Source of the DNA: Eledone cirrhosa
Lineage: Eukaryota
DNA length: 64,000 bases
Reading direction: 5' to 3'
Assembly (NCBI GenBank): GCA_964016885.1
Contig: OZ024743.1
Coordinates: 93,062,001 to 93,126,000, forward strand
Of this stretch, positions 10,300-24,210 are shown piece after piece; the stretch's first letter is position 1, and the number at the start of each line of letters is the position of its first letter. Under the pieces are notes generated by a model that searched no databases, was not told the origin of the DNA, and was given only the letters and a program-made list of their open reading frames with translations. A program made the position numbers and the translations under genes.

Positions 10300-11051
10300 T
10301 TTAATTTTTTTTTTTTTTTTCATTAATATCTTTACAGAGCTATTTATTTTTTTTAGTTCGGTGACCGCTTAGGAAACCGAGCTGCTCTATACATTTCCAT
10401 TTTTCTTTCTTTTAGTTTCTTTCTTTTGCAAGCTTCTCTCGCCAATGTATGTTAGTTTCAAAATAATTAGGCACGCAAACTTTTTCCTTTCTTTCAACCC
10501 TACCCTTCGCATACACACCACTGCAAACGTCTTAAAAGCTACCGACTGCAAAATCAGAGTTTCTTGATAATTTCAGATATTTCAAACTTTTATTCCGTTC
10601 GCCTTCCGAAGTAGTGAGCCTGCTATATACTCTAGAAAATATTTATTGAACAGAGATTTGGCTGCTTTTTCTAGCAGGTAAAATTAGTACATTTCTTTAG
10701 AGCCGTTCGAATCGAACATTATCCACATCTGTAATTATTAATTCGGAATGGGTATCGTAGCTAGTTATTTGGCCAAGTTATATAAACAAAAAGACAACAT
10801 AAGTTTTAAAGACAGCGATATCGACAGCTATGCGACACTCTCGTAGTTAATAACGTGTGTTAATTTAAAAGTTAGATGAGATTTATGTAAAATTTTATTA
10901 AGCAACCTAAATTGCTTGAAAATACTGTGTTATACGGTTGAAAGTAAGAAAAATGTTTAATAGAAAATTAGAATATAAAAATTATCGTAAAAGAAAGGTG
11001 TTTAGTGAGTTGTTTTATACAATAAAACTATTAAATTCAGTATAAGCTTTC

Positions 11052-11170
11052 GTTTACGGCCATATCACGCTGACAACACCGGTTCTCGTCCGATCACCGA
11101 AGTTAAGTAACGTCGAGCCTAGTTAGTACTTGGATGGGTGACCGCCTGGGAACCCTAGGTGCCGTAAGCG
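11052..11170 (+). rRNA. 5S rRNA: 5S rRNA copy 13 (C57T)
   Basis: Array 5S, 1 substitution. Confidence 0.95.
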
Positions 11171-11926
11171 TTTAATTTTTTTTTTTTTTTTTTTTCATTA
11201 CTATCTTTACAGAGCTATTTATTGTTTTTAGTTCGGTGACCGCTTAGGAAACCGAGCTGCTCTATACATTTCCATTTTTCTTTCTTTTAGTTTCTTTCTT
11301 TTGCAAGCTTCTCTTGCCAATGTATGTTAGTTTCAAAATAATTAGGCACGCAAACTTTTTCCTTTCTTTCAACCCTACCCTTCGCATACACACCACTGCA
11401 AACGTCTTAAAAGCTACCGACTGCAAAATCAGAGTTTCTTGATAATTTCAGATATTTCAAACTTTTATTCCGTTCGCCTTCCGAAGTAGTGAGCCTGCTA
11501 TATACTCTAGAAAATATTTATTGAACAGAGATTTGGCTGCTTTTTCTAGCAGGTAAAATTAGCACATTTCTTTAGAGCCGTTCGAATCGAACATTATCCA
11601 CATCTGTAATAATTAATTCGGAATGGGTATCGTAGCTAGTTATTTGGCCAAGTTATATAAACAAAAAGACAACATAAGTTTTAAAGACAGCGATATCGAC
11701 AGCTATGCGACACTCTCGTAGTTAATAACGTGTGTTAATTTAAAAGTTAGATGAGATTTATGTAAAATTTTATTAAGCAACCTAAATTGCTTGAAAATAC
11801 TGTGTTATACGGTTGAAAGTAAGAAAAATGTTTAATAGAAAATTAGAATATAAAAATTATCGTAAAAGAAAGGTGTTTAGTGAGTTGTTTTATACAATAA
11901 AACTATTAAATTCAGTATAAGCTTTC

Positions 11927-12045
11927 GTTTACGGCCATATCACGCTGACAACACCGGTTCTCGTCCGATCACCGAAGTTAAGCAACGTCGAGCCTAGTTA
12001 GTACTTGGATGGGTGACCGCCTGGGAACCCTAGGTGCCGTAAGCG
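11927..12045 (+). rRNA. 5S rRNA: 5S rRNA copy 14
   Basis: Matches array consensus. Confidence 0.97.
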
Positions 12046-12802
12046 TTTAATTTTTTTTTTTTTTTTTTTTTCATTAATATCTTTACAGAGCTATTTATTT
12101 TTTTTAGTTCGGTGACCGCTTAGGAAACCGACCTGCTCTATACATTTCCATTTTTCTTTCTTTTAGTTTCTTTCTTTTGCAAGCTTCTCTCGCCAATGTA
12201 TGTTAGTTTCAAAATAATTAGGCACGCAAACTTTTTCCTTTCTTTCAACCCTACCCTTCGCATACACACCACTGCAAACGTCTTAAAAGCTACCGACTGC
12301 AAAATCAGAGTTTCTTGATAATTTCAGATATTTCAAACTTTTATTCCGTTCGCCTTCCGAAGTAGTGAGCCTGCTATATACTCTAGAAAATATTTATTGA
12401 ACAGAGATTTGGCTGCTTTTTCTAGCAGGTAAAATTAGCACATTTCTTTAGAGCCGTTCGAATCGAACATTATCCACATCTGTAATAATTAATTCGGAAT
12501 GGGTATCGTAGCTAGTTATTTGGCCAAGTTATATAAGCAAAAAGACAACATAAGTTTTAAAGACAGCGATATCGACAGCTATGCGACACTCTCGTAGTTA
12601 ATAACGTGTGTTAATTTAAAAGTTAGATGAGATTTATGTAAAATTTTATTAAGCAACCTAAATTGCTTGAAAATACTGTGTTATACGGTTGAAAGTAAGA
12701 AAAATGTTTAATAGAAAATTAAAATATAAAAATTATCGTAAAAGAAAGGTGTTTAGTGAGTTGTTTTATACAATAAAACTATTAAATTCAGCATAAGCTT
12801 TC

Positions 12803-12921
12803 GTTTACGGCCATATCACGCTGACAACACCGGTTCTCGTCCGATCACCGAAGTTAAGCAACGTCGAGCCTAGTTAGTACTTGGATGGGTGACCGCCTGG
12901 GAACCCTAGGTGCCGTAAGCG
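12803..12921 (+). rRNA. 5S rRNA: 5S rRNA copy 15
   Basis: Matches array consensus; T38 terminator. Confidence 0.97.
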
Positions 12922-12924
12922 TTT

Positions 12925-12966
<42 letters not shown>

Positions 12967-13694
12967 TAATATCTTTACAGAGCTATTTATTGTTTTTAGT
13001 TCGGTGACCGCTTAGGAAACCGAGCTGCTCTATACATTTCCATTTTTCTTTCTTTTAGTTTCTTTCTTTTGCAAGCTTCTCTCGCCAATGTATGTTAGTT
13101 TCAAAATAATTAGGCACGCAAACTTTTTCCTTTCTTTCAACCCTACCCTTCGCATACACACCACTGCAAACGTCTTAAAAGCTACCGACTGCAAAATCAG
13201 AGTTTCTTGATAATTTCAGATATTTCAAACTTTTATTCCGTTCGCCTTCCGAAGTAGTGAGCCTGCTATATACTCTAGAAAATATTTATTGAACAGAGAT
13301 TTGGCTGCTTTTTCTAGCAGGTAAAATTAGCACATTTCTTTAGAGCCGTTCGAATCGAACATTATCCACATCTGTAATAATTAATTCGGAATGGGTATCG
13401 TAGCTAGTTATTTGGCCAAGTTATATAAACAAAAAGACAACATAAGTTTTAAAGACAGCGATATCGACAGCTATGCGACACTCTCGTAGTTAATAACGTG
13501 TGTTAATTTAAAAGTTAGATGAGATTTATGTAAAATTTTATTAAGCAACCTAAATTGCTTGAAAATACTGTGTTATACGGTTGAAAGTAAGAAAAATGTT
13601 TAATAGAAAATTAAAATATAAAAATTATCGTAAAAGAAAGGTGTTTAGTGAGTTGTTTTATACAATAAAACTATTAAATTCAGCATAAGCTTTC

Positions 13695-13813
13695 GTTTAC
13701 GGCCATATCACGCTGACAACACCGGTTCTCGTCCGATCACCGAAGTTAAGCAACGTCGAGCCTAGTTAGTACTTGGATAGGTGACCGCCTGGGAACCCTA
13801 GGTGCCGTAAGCG
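13695..13813 (+). rRNA. 5S rRNA: 5S rRNA copy 16 (G85A)
   Basis: Array 5S, 1 substitution. Confidence 0.95.
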
Positions 13814-14565
13814 TTTAATTTTTTTTTTTTTTTTCATTAATATCTTTACAGAGCTATTTATTTTTTTTAGTTCGGTGACCGCTTAGGAAACCGAGCTGCT
13901 CTATACATTTCCATTTTTCTTTCTTTTAGTTTCTTTCTTTTGCAAGCTTCTCTCGCCAATGTATGTTAGTTTCAAAATAATTAGGCACGCAAACTTTTTC
14001 CTTTCTTTCAACCCTACCCTTCGCATACACACCACTGCAAACGTCTTAAAAGCTACCGACTGCAAAATCAGAGTTTCTTGATAATTTCAGATATTTCAAA
14101 CTTTTATTCCGTTCGCCTTCCGAAGTAGTGAGCCTGCTATATACTCTAGAAAATATTTATTGAACAGAGATTTGGCTGCTTTTTCTAGCAGGTAAAATTA
14201 GTACATTTCTTTAGAGCCGTTCGAATCGAACATTATCCACATCTGTAATTATTAATTCGGAATGGGTATCGTAGCTAGTTATTTGGCCAAGTTATATAAA
14301 CAAAAAGACAACATAAGTTTTAAAGACAGCGATATCGACAGCTATGCGACACTCTCGTAGTTAATAACGTGTGTTAATTTAAAAGTTAGATGAGATTTAT
14401 GTAAAATTTTATTAAGCAACCTAAATTGCTTGAAAATACTGTGTTATACGGTTGAAAGTAAGAAAAATGTTTAATAGAAAATTAGAATATAAAAATTATC
14501 GTAAAAGAAAGGTGTTTAGTGAGTTGTTTTATACAATAAAACTATTAAATTCAGTATAAGCTTTC

Positions 14566-14684
14566 GTTTACGGCCATATCACGCTGACAACACCGGTTCT
14601 CGTCCGATCACCGAAGTTAAGTAACGTCGAGCCTAGTTAGTACTTGGATGGGTGACCGCCTGGGAACCCTAGGTGCCGTAAGCG
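14566..14684 (+). rRNA. 5S rRNA: 5S rRNA copy 17 (C57T)
   Basis: Array 5S, 1 substitution. Confidence 0.95.
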
Positions 14685-15440
14685 TTTAATTTTTTTTTTT
14701 TTTTTTTTTCATTACTATCTTTACAGAGCTATTTATTGTTTTTAGTTCGGTGACCGCTTAGGAAACCGAGCTGCTCTATACATTTCCATTTTTCTTTCTT
14801 TTAGTTTCTTTCTTTTGCAAGCTTCTCTTGCCAATGTATGTTAGTTTCAAAATAATTAGGCACGCAAACTTTTTCCTTTCTTTCAACCCTACCCTTCGCA
14901 TACACACCACTGCAAACGTCTTAAAAGCTACCGACTGCAAAATCAGAGTTTCTTGATAATTTCAGATATTTCAAACTTTTATTCCGTTCGCCTTCCGAAG
15001 TAGTGAGCCTGCTATATACTCTAGAAAATATTTATTGAACAGAGATTTGGCTGCTTTTTCTAGCAGGTAAAATTAGCACATTTCTTTAGAGCCGTTCGAA
15101 TCGAACATTATCCACATCTGTAATAATTAATTCGGAATGGGTATCGTAGCTAGTTATTTGGCCAAGTTATATAAACAAAAAGACAACATAAGTTTTAAAG
15201 ACAGCGATATCGACAGCTATGCGACACTCTCGTAGTTAATAACGTGTGTTAATTTAAAAGTTAGATGAGATTTATGTAAAATTTTATTAAGCAACCTAAA
15301 TTGCTTGAAAATACTGTGTTATACGGTTGAAAGTAAGAAAAATGTTTAATAGAAAATTAGAATATAAAAATTATCGTAAAAGAAAGGTGTTTAGTGAGTT
15401 GTTTTATACAATAAAACTATTAAATTCAGTATAAGCTTTC

Positions 15441-15559
15441 GTTTACGGCCATATCACGCTGACAACACCGGTTCTCGTCCGATCACCGAAGTTAAGCAAC
15501 GTCGAGCCTAGTTAGTACTTGGATGGGTGACCGCCTGGGAACCCTAGGTGCCGTAAGCG
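15441..15559 (+). rRNA. 5S rRNA: 5S rRNA copy 18
   Basis: Matches array consensus. Confidence 0.97.
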
Positions 15560-16316
15560 TTTAATTTTTTTTTTTTTTTTTTTTTCATTAATATCTTTAC
15601 AGAGCTATTTATTTTTTTTAGTTCGGTGACCGCTTAGGAAACCGACCTGCTCTATACATTTCCATTTTTCTTTCTTTTAGTTTCTTTCTTTTGCAAGCTT
15701 CTCTCGCCAATGTATGTTAGTTTCAAAATAATTAGGCACGCAAACTTTTTCCTTTCTTTCAACCCTACCCTTCGCATACACACCACTGCAAACGTCTTAA
15801 AAGCTACCGACTGCAAAATCAGAGTTTCTTGATAATTTCAGATATTTCAAACTTTTATTCCGTTCGCCTTCCGAAGTAGTGAGCCTGCTATATACTCTAG
15901 AAAATATTTATTGAACAGAGATTTGGCTGCTTTTTCTAGCAGGTAAAATTAGCACATTTCTTTAGAGCCGTTCGAATCGAACATTATCCACATCTGTAAT
16001 AATTAATTCGGAATGGGTATCGTAGCTAGTTATTTGGCCAAGTTATATAAGCAAAAAGACAACATAAGTTTTAAAGACAGCGATATCGACAGCTATGCGA
16101 CACTCTCGTAGTTAATAACGTGTGTTAATTTAAAAGTTAGATGAGATTTATGTAAAATTTTATTAAGCAACCTAAATTGCTTGAAAATACTGTGTTATAC
16201 GGTTGAAAGTAAGAAAAATGTTTAATAGAAAATTAAAATATAAAAATTATCGTAAAAGAAAGGTGTTTAGTGAGTTGTTTTATACAATAAAACTATTAAA
16301 TTCAGCATAAGCTTTC

Positions 16317-16435
16317 GTTTACGGCCATATCACGCTGACAACACCGGTTCTCGTCCGATCACCGAAGTTAAGCAACGTCGAGCCTAGTTAGTACTTGGAT
16401 GGGTGACCGCCTGGGAACCCTAGGTGCCGTAAGCG
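16317..16435 (+). rRNA. 5S rRNA: 5S rRNA copy 19
   Basis: Matches array consensus; T42 terminator. Confidence 0.97.
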
Positions 16436-16438
16436 TTT

Positions 16439-16484
<46 letters not shown>

Positions 16485-17212
16485 TAATATCTTTACAGAG
16501 CTATTTATTGTTTTTAGTTCGGTGACCGCTTAGGAAACCGAGCTGCTCTATACATTTCCATTTTTCTTTCTTTTAGTTTCTTTCTTTTGCAAGCTTCTCT
16601 CGCCAATGTATGTTAGTTTCAAAATAATTAGGCACGCAAACTTTTTCCTTTCTTTCAACCCTACCCTTCGCATACACACCACTGCAAACGTCTTAAAAGC
16701 TACCGACTGCAAAATCAGAGTTTCTTGATAATTTCAGATATTTCAAACTTTTATTCCGTTCGCCTTCCGAAGTAGTGAGCCTGCTATATACTCTAGAAAA
16801 TATTTATTGAACAGAGATTTGGCTGCTTTTTCTAGCAGGTAAAATTAGCACATTTCTTTAGAGCCGTTCGAATCGAACATTATCCACATCTGTAATAATT
16901 AATTCGGAATGGGTATCGTAGCTAGTTATTTGGCCAAGTTATATAAACAAAAAGACAACATAAGTTTTAAAGACAGCGATATCGACAGCTATGCGACACT
17001 CTCGTAGTTAATAACGTGTGTTAATTTAAAAGTTAGATGAGATTTATGTAAAATTTTATTAAGCAACCTAAATTGCTTGAAAATACTGTGTTATACGGTT
17101 GAAAGTAAGAAAAATGTTTAATAGAAAATTAAAATATAAAAATTATCGTAAAAGAAAGGTGTTTAGTGAGTTGTTTTATACAATAAAACTATTAAATTCA
17201 GCATAAGCTTTC

Positions 17213-17331
17213 GTTTACGGCCATATCACGCTGACAACACCGGTTCTCGTCCGATCACCGAAGTTAAGCAACGTCGAGCCTAGTTAGTACTTGGATGGGT
17301 GACCGCCTGGGAACCCTAGGTGCCGTAAGCG
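17213..17331 (+). rRNA. 5S rRNA: 5S rRNA copy 20
   Basis: Matches array consensus. Confidence 0.97.
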
Positions 17332-18085
17332 TTTAATTTTTTTTTTTTTTTTTTCATTAATATCTTTACAGAGCTATTTATTTTTTTTAGTTCGGTGACC
17401 GCTTAGGAAACCGAGCTGCTCTATACATTTCCATTTTTCTTTCTTTTAGTTTCTTTCTTTTGCAAGCTTCTCTCGCCAATGTATGTTAGTTTCAAAATAA
17501 TTAGGCACGCAAACTTTTTCCTTTCTTTCAACCCTACCCTTCGCATACACACCACTGCAAACGTCTTAAAAGCTACCGACTGCAAAATCAGAGTTTCTTG
17601 ATAATTTCAGATATTTCAAACTTTTATTCCGTTCGCCTTCCGAAGTAGTGAGCCTGCTATATACTCTAGAAAATATTTATTGAACAGAGATTTGGCTGCT
17701 TTTTCTAGCAGGTAAAATTAGCACATTTCTTTAGAGCCGTTCGAATCGAACATTATCCACATCTGTAATTATTAATTCGGAATGGGTATCGTAGCTAGTT
17801 ATTTGGCCAAGTTATATAAACAAAAAGACAACATAAGTTTTAAAGACAGCGATATCGACAGTTATGCGACACTCTCGTAGTTAATAACGTGTGTTAATTT
17901 AAAAGTTAGATGAGATTTATGTAAAATTTTATTAAGCAACCTAAATTGCTTGAAAATACTGTGTTATACGGTTGAAAGTAAGAAAAATGTTTAATAGAAA
18001 ATTAGAATATAAAAATTATCGTAAAAGAAAGGTGTTTAGTGAGTTGTTTTATACAATAAAACTATTAAATTCAGTATAAGCTTTC

Positions 18086-18204
18086 GTTTACGGCCATATC
18101 ACGCTGACAACACCGGTTCTCGTCCGATCACCGAAGTTAAGCAACGTCGAGCCTCGTTAGTACTTGGATGGGTGACCGCCTGGGAACCCTAGGTGCCGTA
18201 AGCG
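18086..18204 (+). rRNA. 5S rRNA: 5S rRNA copy 21 (A70C)
   Basis: Array 5S, 1 substitution in IE. Confidence 0.95.
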
Positions 18205-18960
18205 TTTATTTTTTTTATTTTTTTTTTTTCATTAATATCTTTACAGAGCTATTTATTTTTTTTAGTTCGGTGACCGCTTAGGAAACCGAGCTGCTCTATA
18301 CATTTCCATTTTTCTTTCTTTTAGTTTCTTTCTTTTGCAAGCTTCTCTCGCCAATGTATGTTAGTTTCAAAATAATTAGGCACGCAAACTTTTTCCTTTC
18401 TTTCAACCCTACCCTTCGCATACACACCACTGCAAACGTCTTAAAAGCTACCGACTGCAAAATCAGAGTTTCTTGATAATTTCAGATATTTCAAACTTTT
18501 ATTCCGTTCGCCTTCCGAAGTAGTGAGCCTGCTATATACTCTAGAAAATATTTATTGAACAGAGATTTGGCTGCTTTTTCTAGCAGGTAAAATTATCACA
18601 TTTCTTTAGAGCCGTTCCAATCGAACATTATCCACATCTGTAATAATTAATTCGGAATGGGTATCGTAGCTAGTTATTTGGCCAAGTTATATAAACAAAA
18701 AGACAACATAAGTTTTAAAGACAGCGATATCGACAGCTATGCGACACTCTCGTAGTTAATAACGTGTGTTAATTTAAAAGTTAGATGAGATTTATGTAAA
18801 ATTTTATTAAGCAACCTAAATTGCTTGAAAATACTGTGTTATACGGTTGAAAGTAAGTAAAATGTTTAATAGAAAATTAGAATATAAAAATTATCGTAAA
18901 AGAAAGGTGTTTAGTGAGTTGTTTTATACAATAAAACTATTAAATTCAGTATAAGCTTTC

Positions 18961-19079
18961 GTTTATGGCCATATCACGCTGACAACACCGGTTCTCGTCC
19001 GATCACCGAAGTTAAGCAACGTCGAGCCTAGTTAGTACTTGGATGGGTGACCGCCTGGGAACCCTAGGTGCCGTAAGCG
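18961..19079 (+). rRNA. 5S rRNA: 5S rRNA copy 22 (C6T)
   Basis: Array 5S, 1 substitution. Confidence 0.95.
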
Positions 19080-19839
19080 TTTAATTTTTTTTTTTTTTTT
19101 TTTTTTTTCATTAATATCTTTACAGAGCTATTTATTTTTTTTAGTTCGGTGACCGCTTAGGAAACCGACCTGCTCTATACATTTCCATTTTTCTTTCTTT
19201 TAGTTTCTTTCTTTTGCAAGCTTCTCTCGCCAATGTATGTTAGTTTCAAAATAATTAGGCACGCAAACTTTTTCCTTTCTTTCAACCCTACCCTTCGCAT
19301 ACACACCACTGCAAACGTCTTAAAAGCTACCGACTGCAAAATCAGAGTTTCTTGATAATTTCAGATATTTCAAACTTTTATTCCGTTCGCCTTCCGAAGT
19401 AGTGAGCCTGCTATATACTCTAGAAAATATTTATTGAACAGAGATTTGGCTGCTTTTTCTAGCAGGTAAAATTAGCACATTTCTTTAGAGCCGTTCCAAT
19501 CGAACATTATCCACATCTGTAATAATTAATTCGGAATGGGTATCGTAGCTAGTTATTTGGCCAAGTTATATAAACAAAAAGACAACATAAGTTTTAAAGA
19601 CAGCGATATCGACAGCTATGCGACACTCTCGTAGTTAATAACGTGTGTTAATTTAAAAGTTAGATGAGATTTATGTAAAATTTTATAAAGCAACCTAAAT
19701 TGCTTGAAAATACTGTGTTATACGGTTGAAAGTAAGAAAAATGTTTAATAGAAAATTAAAATATAAAAATTATCGTAAAAGAAAGGTGTTTAGTGAGTTG
19801 TTTTATACAATAAAACTATTAAATTCAGTATAAGCTTTC

Positions 19840-19958
19840 GTTTACGGCCATATCACGCTGACAACACCGGTTCTCGTCCGATCACCGAAGTTAAGCAACG
19901 TCGAGCCTAGTTAGTACTTGGATGGGTGACCGCCTGGGAACCCTAGGTGCCGTAAGCG
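19840..19958 (+). rRNA. 5S rRNA: 5S rRNA copy 23
   Basis: Matches array consensus. Confidence 0.97.
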
Positions 19959-20714
19959 TTTAATTTTTTTTTTTTTTTTTTTTCATTAATATCTTTACAG
20001 AGCTATTTATTTTTTTTAGTTCGGTGACCGCTTAGGAAACCGAACTGCTCTATACATTTCCATTTTTCTTTCTTTTAGTTTCTTTCTTTTGCAAGCTTCT
20101 CTCGCCAACGTATGTTAGTTTCAAAATAATTAGGCACGCAAACTTTTTCCTTTCTTTCAACCCTACCCTTCGCATACACACCACTGCAAACGTCTTAAAA
20201 GCTACCGACTGCAAAATCAGAGTTTCTTGATAATTTCAGATATTTCAAACTTTTATTCCGTTCGCCTTCCGAAGTAGTGAGCCTGCTATATACTCTAGAA
20301 AATATTTATTGAACAGAGATTTGGCTGCTTTTTCTAGCACGTAAAATTAGCACATTTCTTTAGAGCCGTTCGAATCGAAAATATTCCACATCTGTAATAA
20401 TTAATTCGGAATGGGTATCGTAGCTAGTTATTTGGCCAAGTTATATAAACAAAAAGACAACATAAGTTTTAAAGACAGCGATATCGACAGCTATGCGACA
20501 CTCTCGTAGTTAATAACGTGTGTTAATTTAAAAGTTAGATGAGATTTATGTAAAATTTTATTAAGCAACCTAAATTGCTTGAAAATACTGTGTTATACGG
20601 TTGAAAGTAAGAAAAATGTTTAATAGAAAATTAAAATATAAAAATTATCGTAAAAGAAAGGTGTTTAGTGAGTTGTTTTATACAATAAAACTATTAAATT
20701 CAGCATAAGCTTTC

Positions 20715-20833
20715 GTTTACGGCCATATCACGCTGACAACACCGGTTCTCGTCCGATCACCGAAGTTAAGCAACGTCGAGCCTAGTTAGTACTTGGATGG
20801 GTGACCGCCTGGGAACCCTAGGTGCCGTAAGCG
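20715..20833 (+). rRNA. 5S rRNA: 5S rRNA copy 24
   Basis: Matches array consensus. Confidence 0.97.
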
Positions 20834-21587
20834 TTTAATTTTTTTTTTTTTTTTTTCATTAATATCTTTACAGAGCTATTTATTTTTTTTAGTTCGGTGA
20901 CCGCTTCGGAAACCGAGCTGCTCTATACATTTCCATTTTTCATTCTTTTAGTTTCTTTCTTTTGCAAGCTTCTCTCGCCAATGTATGTTAGTTTCAAAAT
21001 AATTAGGCACGCAAACTTTTTCCTTTCTTTCAACCCTACCCTTCGCATACACACCACTGCAAACGTCTTAAAAGCTACCGACTGCAAAATCAGAGTTTCT
21101 TGATAATTTCAGATATTTCAAACTTTTATTCCGTTCGCCTTCCGAAGTAGTGAGCCTGCTATATACTCTAGAAAATATTTATTGAACAGAGATTTGGCTG
21201 CTTTTTCTAGCAGGTAAAATTAGCACATTTCTTTAGAGCCGTTCCAATCGAACATTATCCACATCTGTAATAATTAATTCGGAATGGGTATCGTAGCTAG
21301 TTATTTGGCCAAGTTATATAAACAAAAAGACAACATAAGTTTTAAAGACAGCGATATCGACAGCTATGCGACACTCTCGTAGTTAATAACGTGTGTTAAT
21401 TTAAAAGTTAGATGAGATTTATGTAAAATTTTATTAAGCAACCTAAATTGCTTGAAAATACTGTGTTATACGGTTGAAAGTAAGAAAAATGTTTAATAGA
21501 AAATTAAAATATAAAAATTATCGTAAAAGAAAGGTGTTTAGTGAGTTGTTTTATACAATAAAACTATTAAATTCAGCGTAAGCTTTC

Positions 21588-21706
21588 GTTTACGGCCATA
21601 TCACGCTGACAACACCGGTTCTCGTCCGATCACCGAAGTTAAGCAACGTCGAGCCTAGTTAGTACTTGGATGGGTGACCGCCTGGGAACCCTAGGTGCCG
21701 TAAGCG
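21588..21706 (+). rRNA. 5S rRNA: 5S rRNA copy 25
   Basis: Matches array consensus. Confidence 0.97.
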
Positions 21707-22462
21707 TTTAATTTTTTTTTTTTTTTTTTTCATTAATATCTTTACAGAGCTATTTATTTTTTTTAGTTCGGATGACCGCTTAGGAAACCGAGCTGCTCTA
21801 TACATTTCCATTTTTCTTTCTTTTAGTTTCTTTCTTTTGCAAGCTTCTCTCGCCAATGTATGTTAGTTTCAAAATAATTAGGCACGCAAACTTTTTCCTT
21901 TCTTTCAACCCTACCCTTCGCATACACACCACTGCAAACGTCTTAAAAGCTACCGACTGCAAAATCAGAGTTTCTTGATAATTTCAGATATTTCAAACTT
22001 TTATTCCGTTCGCCTTCCGAAGTAGTGAGCCTGCTATATACTCTAGAAAATATTTATTGAACAGAGATTTGGCTGCTTTTTCTAGCAGGTAAAATTAGCA
22101 CATTTCTTTAGAGCCGTTCGAATCGAACATTATCCACATCTGTAATAATTAATTCGGAATGGGTATCGTAGCTAGTTATTTGGCCAAGTTATATAAACAA
22201 AAAGACAACATAAGTTTTAAAGACAGCGATATCGACAGCTATGCGACACTCTCGTAGTTAATAACGTGTGTTAATTTAAAAGTTAGATGAGATTTATGTA
22301 AAATTTTATTAAGCAACCTAAATTGCTTGAAAATACTGTGTTATACGGTTGAAAGTAAGAAAAATGTTTAATAGAAAATTAAAATATAAAAATTATCGTA
22401 AAAGAAAGGTGTTTAGTGAGTTGTTTTATACAATAAAACTATTAAATTCAGCATAAGCTTTC

Positions 22463-22581
22463 GTTTACGGCCATATCACGCTGACAACACCGGTTCTCGT
22501 CCGATCACCGAAGTTAAGCAACGTCGAGCCTAGTTAGTACTTGGATGGGTGACCGCCTGGGAACCCTAGGTGCCGTAAGCG
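22463..22581 (+). rRNA. 5S rRNA: 5S rRNA copy 26
   Basis: Matches array consensus. Confidence 0.97.
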
Positions 22582-23335
22582 TTTAATTTTTTTTTTTTTT
22601 TTTTCATTAATATCTTTACAGAGCTATTTATTTTTTTTAGTTCGGTGACCGCTTCGGAAACCGAGCTGCTCTATACATTTCCATTTTTCATTCTTTTAGT
22701 TTCTTTCTTTTGCAAGCTTCTCTCGCCAATGTATGTTAGTTTCAAAATAATTAGGCACGCAAACTTTTTCCTTTCTTTCAACCCTACCCTTCGCATACAC
22801 ACCACTGCAAACGTCTTAAAAGCTACCGACTGCAAAATCAGAGTTTCTTGATAATTTCAGATATTTCAAACTTTTATTCCGTTCGCCTTCCGAAGTAGTG
22901 AGCCTGCTATATACTCTAGAAAATATTTATTGAACAGAGATTTGGCTGCTTTTTCTAGCAGGTAAAATTAGCACATTTCTTTAGAGCCGTTCCAATCGAA
23001 CATTATCCACATCTGTAATAATTAATTCGGAATGGGTATCGTAGCTAGTTATTTGGCCAAGTTATATAAACAAAAAGACAACATAAGTTTTAAAGACAGC
23101 GATATCGACAGCTATGCGACACTCTCGTAGTTAATAACGTGTGTTAATTTAAAAGTTAGATGAGATTTATGTAAAATTTTATTAAGCAACCTAAATTGCT
23201 TGAAAATACTGTGTTATACGGTTGAAAGTAAGAAAAATGTTTAATAGAAAATTAAAATATAAAAATTATCGTAAAAGAAAGGTGTTTAGTGAGTTGTTTT
23301 ATACAATAAAACTATTAAATTCAGCGTAAGCTTTC

Positions 23336-23454
23336 GTTTACGGCCATATCACGCTGACAACACCGGTTCTCGTCCGATCACCGAAGTTAAGCAACGTCGA
23401 GCCTAGTTAGTACTTGGATGGGTGACCGCCTGGGAACCCTAGGTGCCGTAAGCG
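23336..23454 (+). rRNA. 5S rRNA: 5S rRNA copy 27
   Basis: Matches array consensus. Confidence 0.97.
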
Positions 23455-24210
23455 TTTAATTTTTTTTTTTTTTTTTTTCATTAATATCTTTACAGAGCTA
23501 TTTATTTTTTTTAGTTCGGATGACCGCTTAGGAAACCGAGCTGCTCTATACATTTCCATTTTTCTTTCTTTTAGTTTCTTTCTTTTGCAAGCTTCTCTCG
23601 CCAATGTATGTTAGTTTCAAAATAATTAGGCACGCAAACTTTTTCCTTTCTTTCAACCCTACCCTTCGCATACACACCACTGCAAACGTCTTAAAAGCTA
23701 CCGACTGCAAAATCAGAGTTTCTTGATAATTTCAGATATTTCAAACTTTTATTCCGTTCGCCTTCCGAAGTAGTGAGCCTGCTATATACTCTAGAAAATA
23801 TTTATTGAACAGAGATTTGGCTGCTTTTTCTAGCAGGTAAAATTAGCACATTTCTTTAGAGCCGTTCGAATCGAACATTATCCACATCTGTAATAATTAA
23901 TTCGGAATGGGTATCGTAGCTAGTTATTTGGCCAAGTTATATAAACAAAAAGACAACATAAGTTTTAAAGACAGCGATATCGACAGCTATGCGACACTCT
24001 CGTAGTTAATAACGTGTGTTAATTTAAAAGTTAGATGAGATTTATGTAAAATTTTATTAAGCAACCTAAATTGCTTGAAAATACTGTGTTATACGGTTGA
24101 AAGTAAGAAAAATGTTTAATAGAAAATTAAAATATAAAAATTATCGTAAAAGAAAGGTGTTTAGTGACTTGTTTTATACAATAAAACTATTAAATTCAGT
24201 ATAATCTTTC

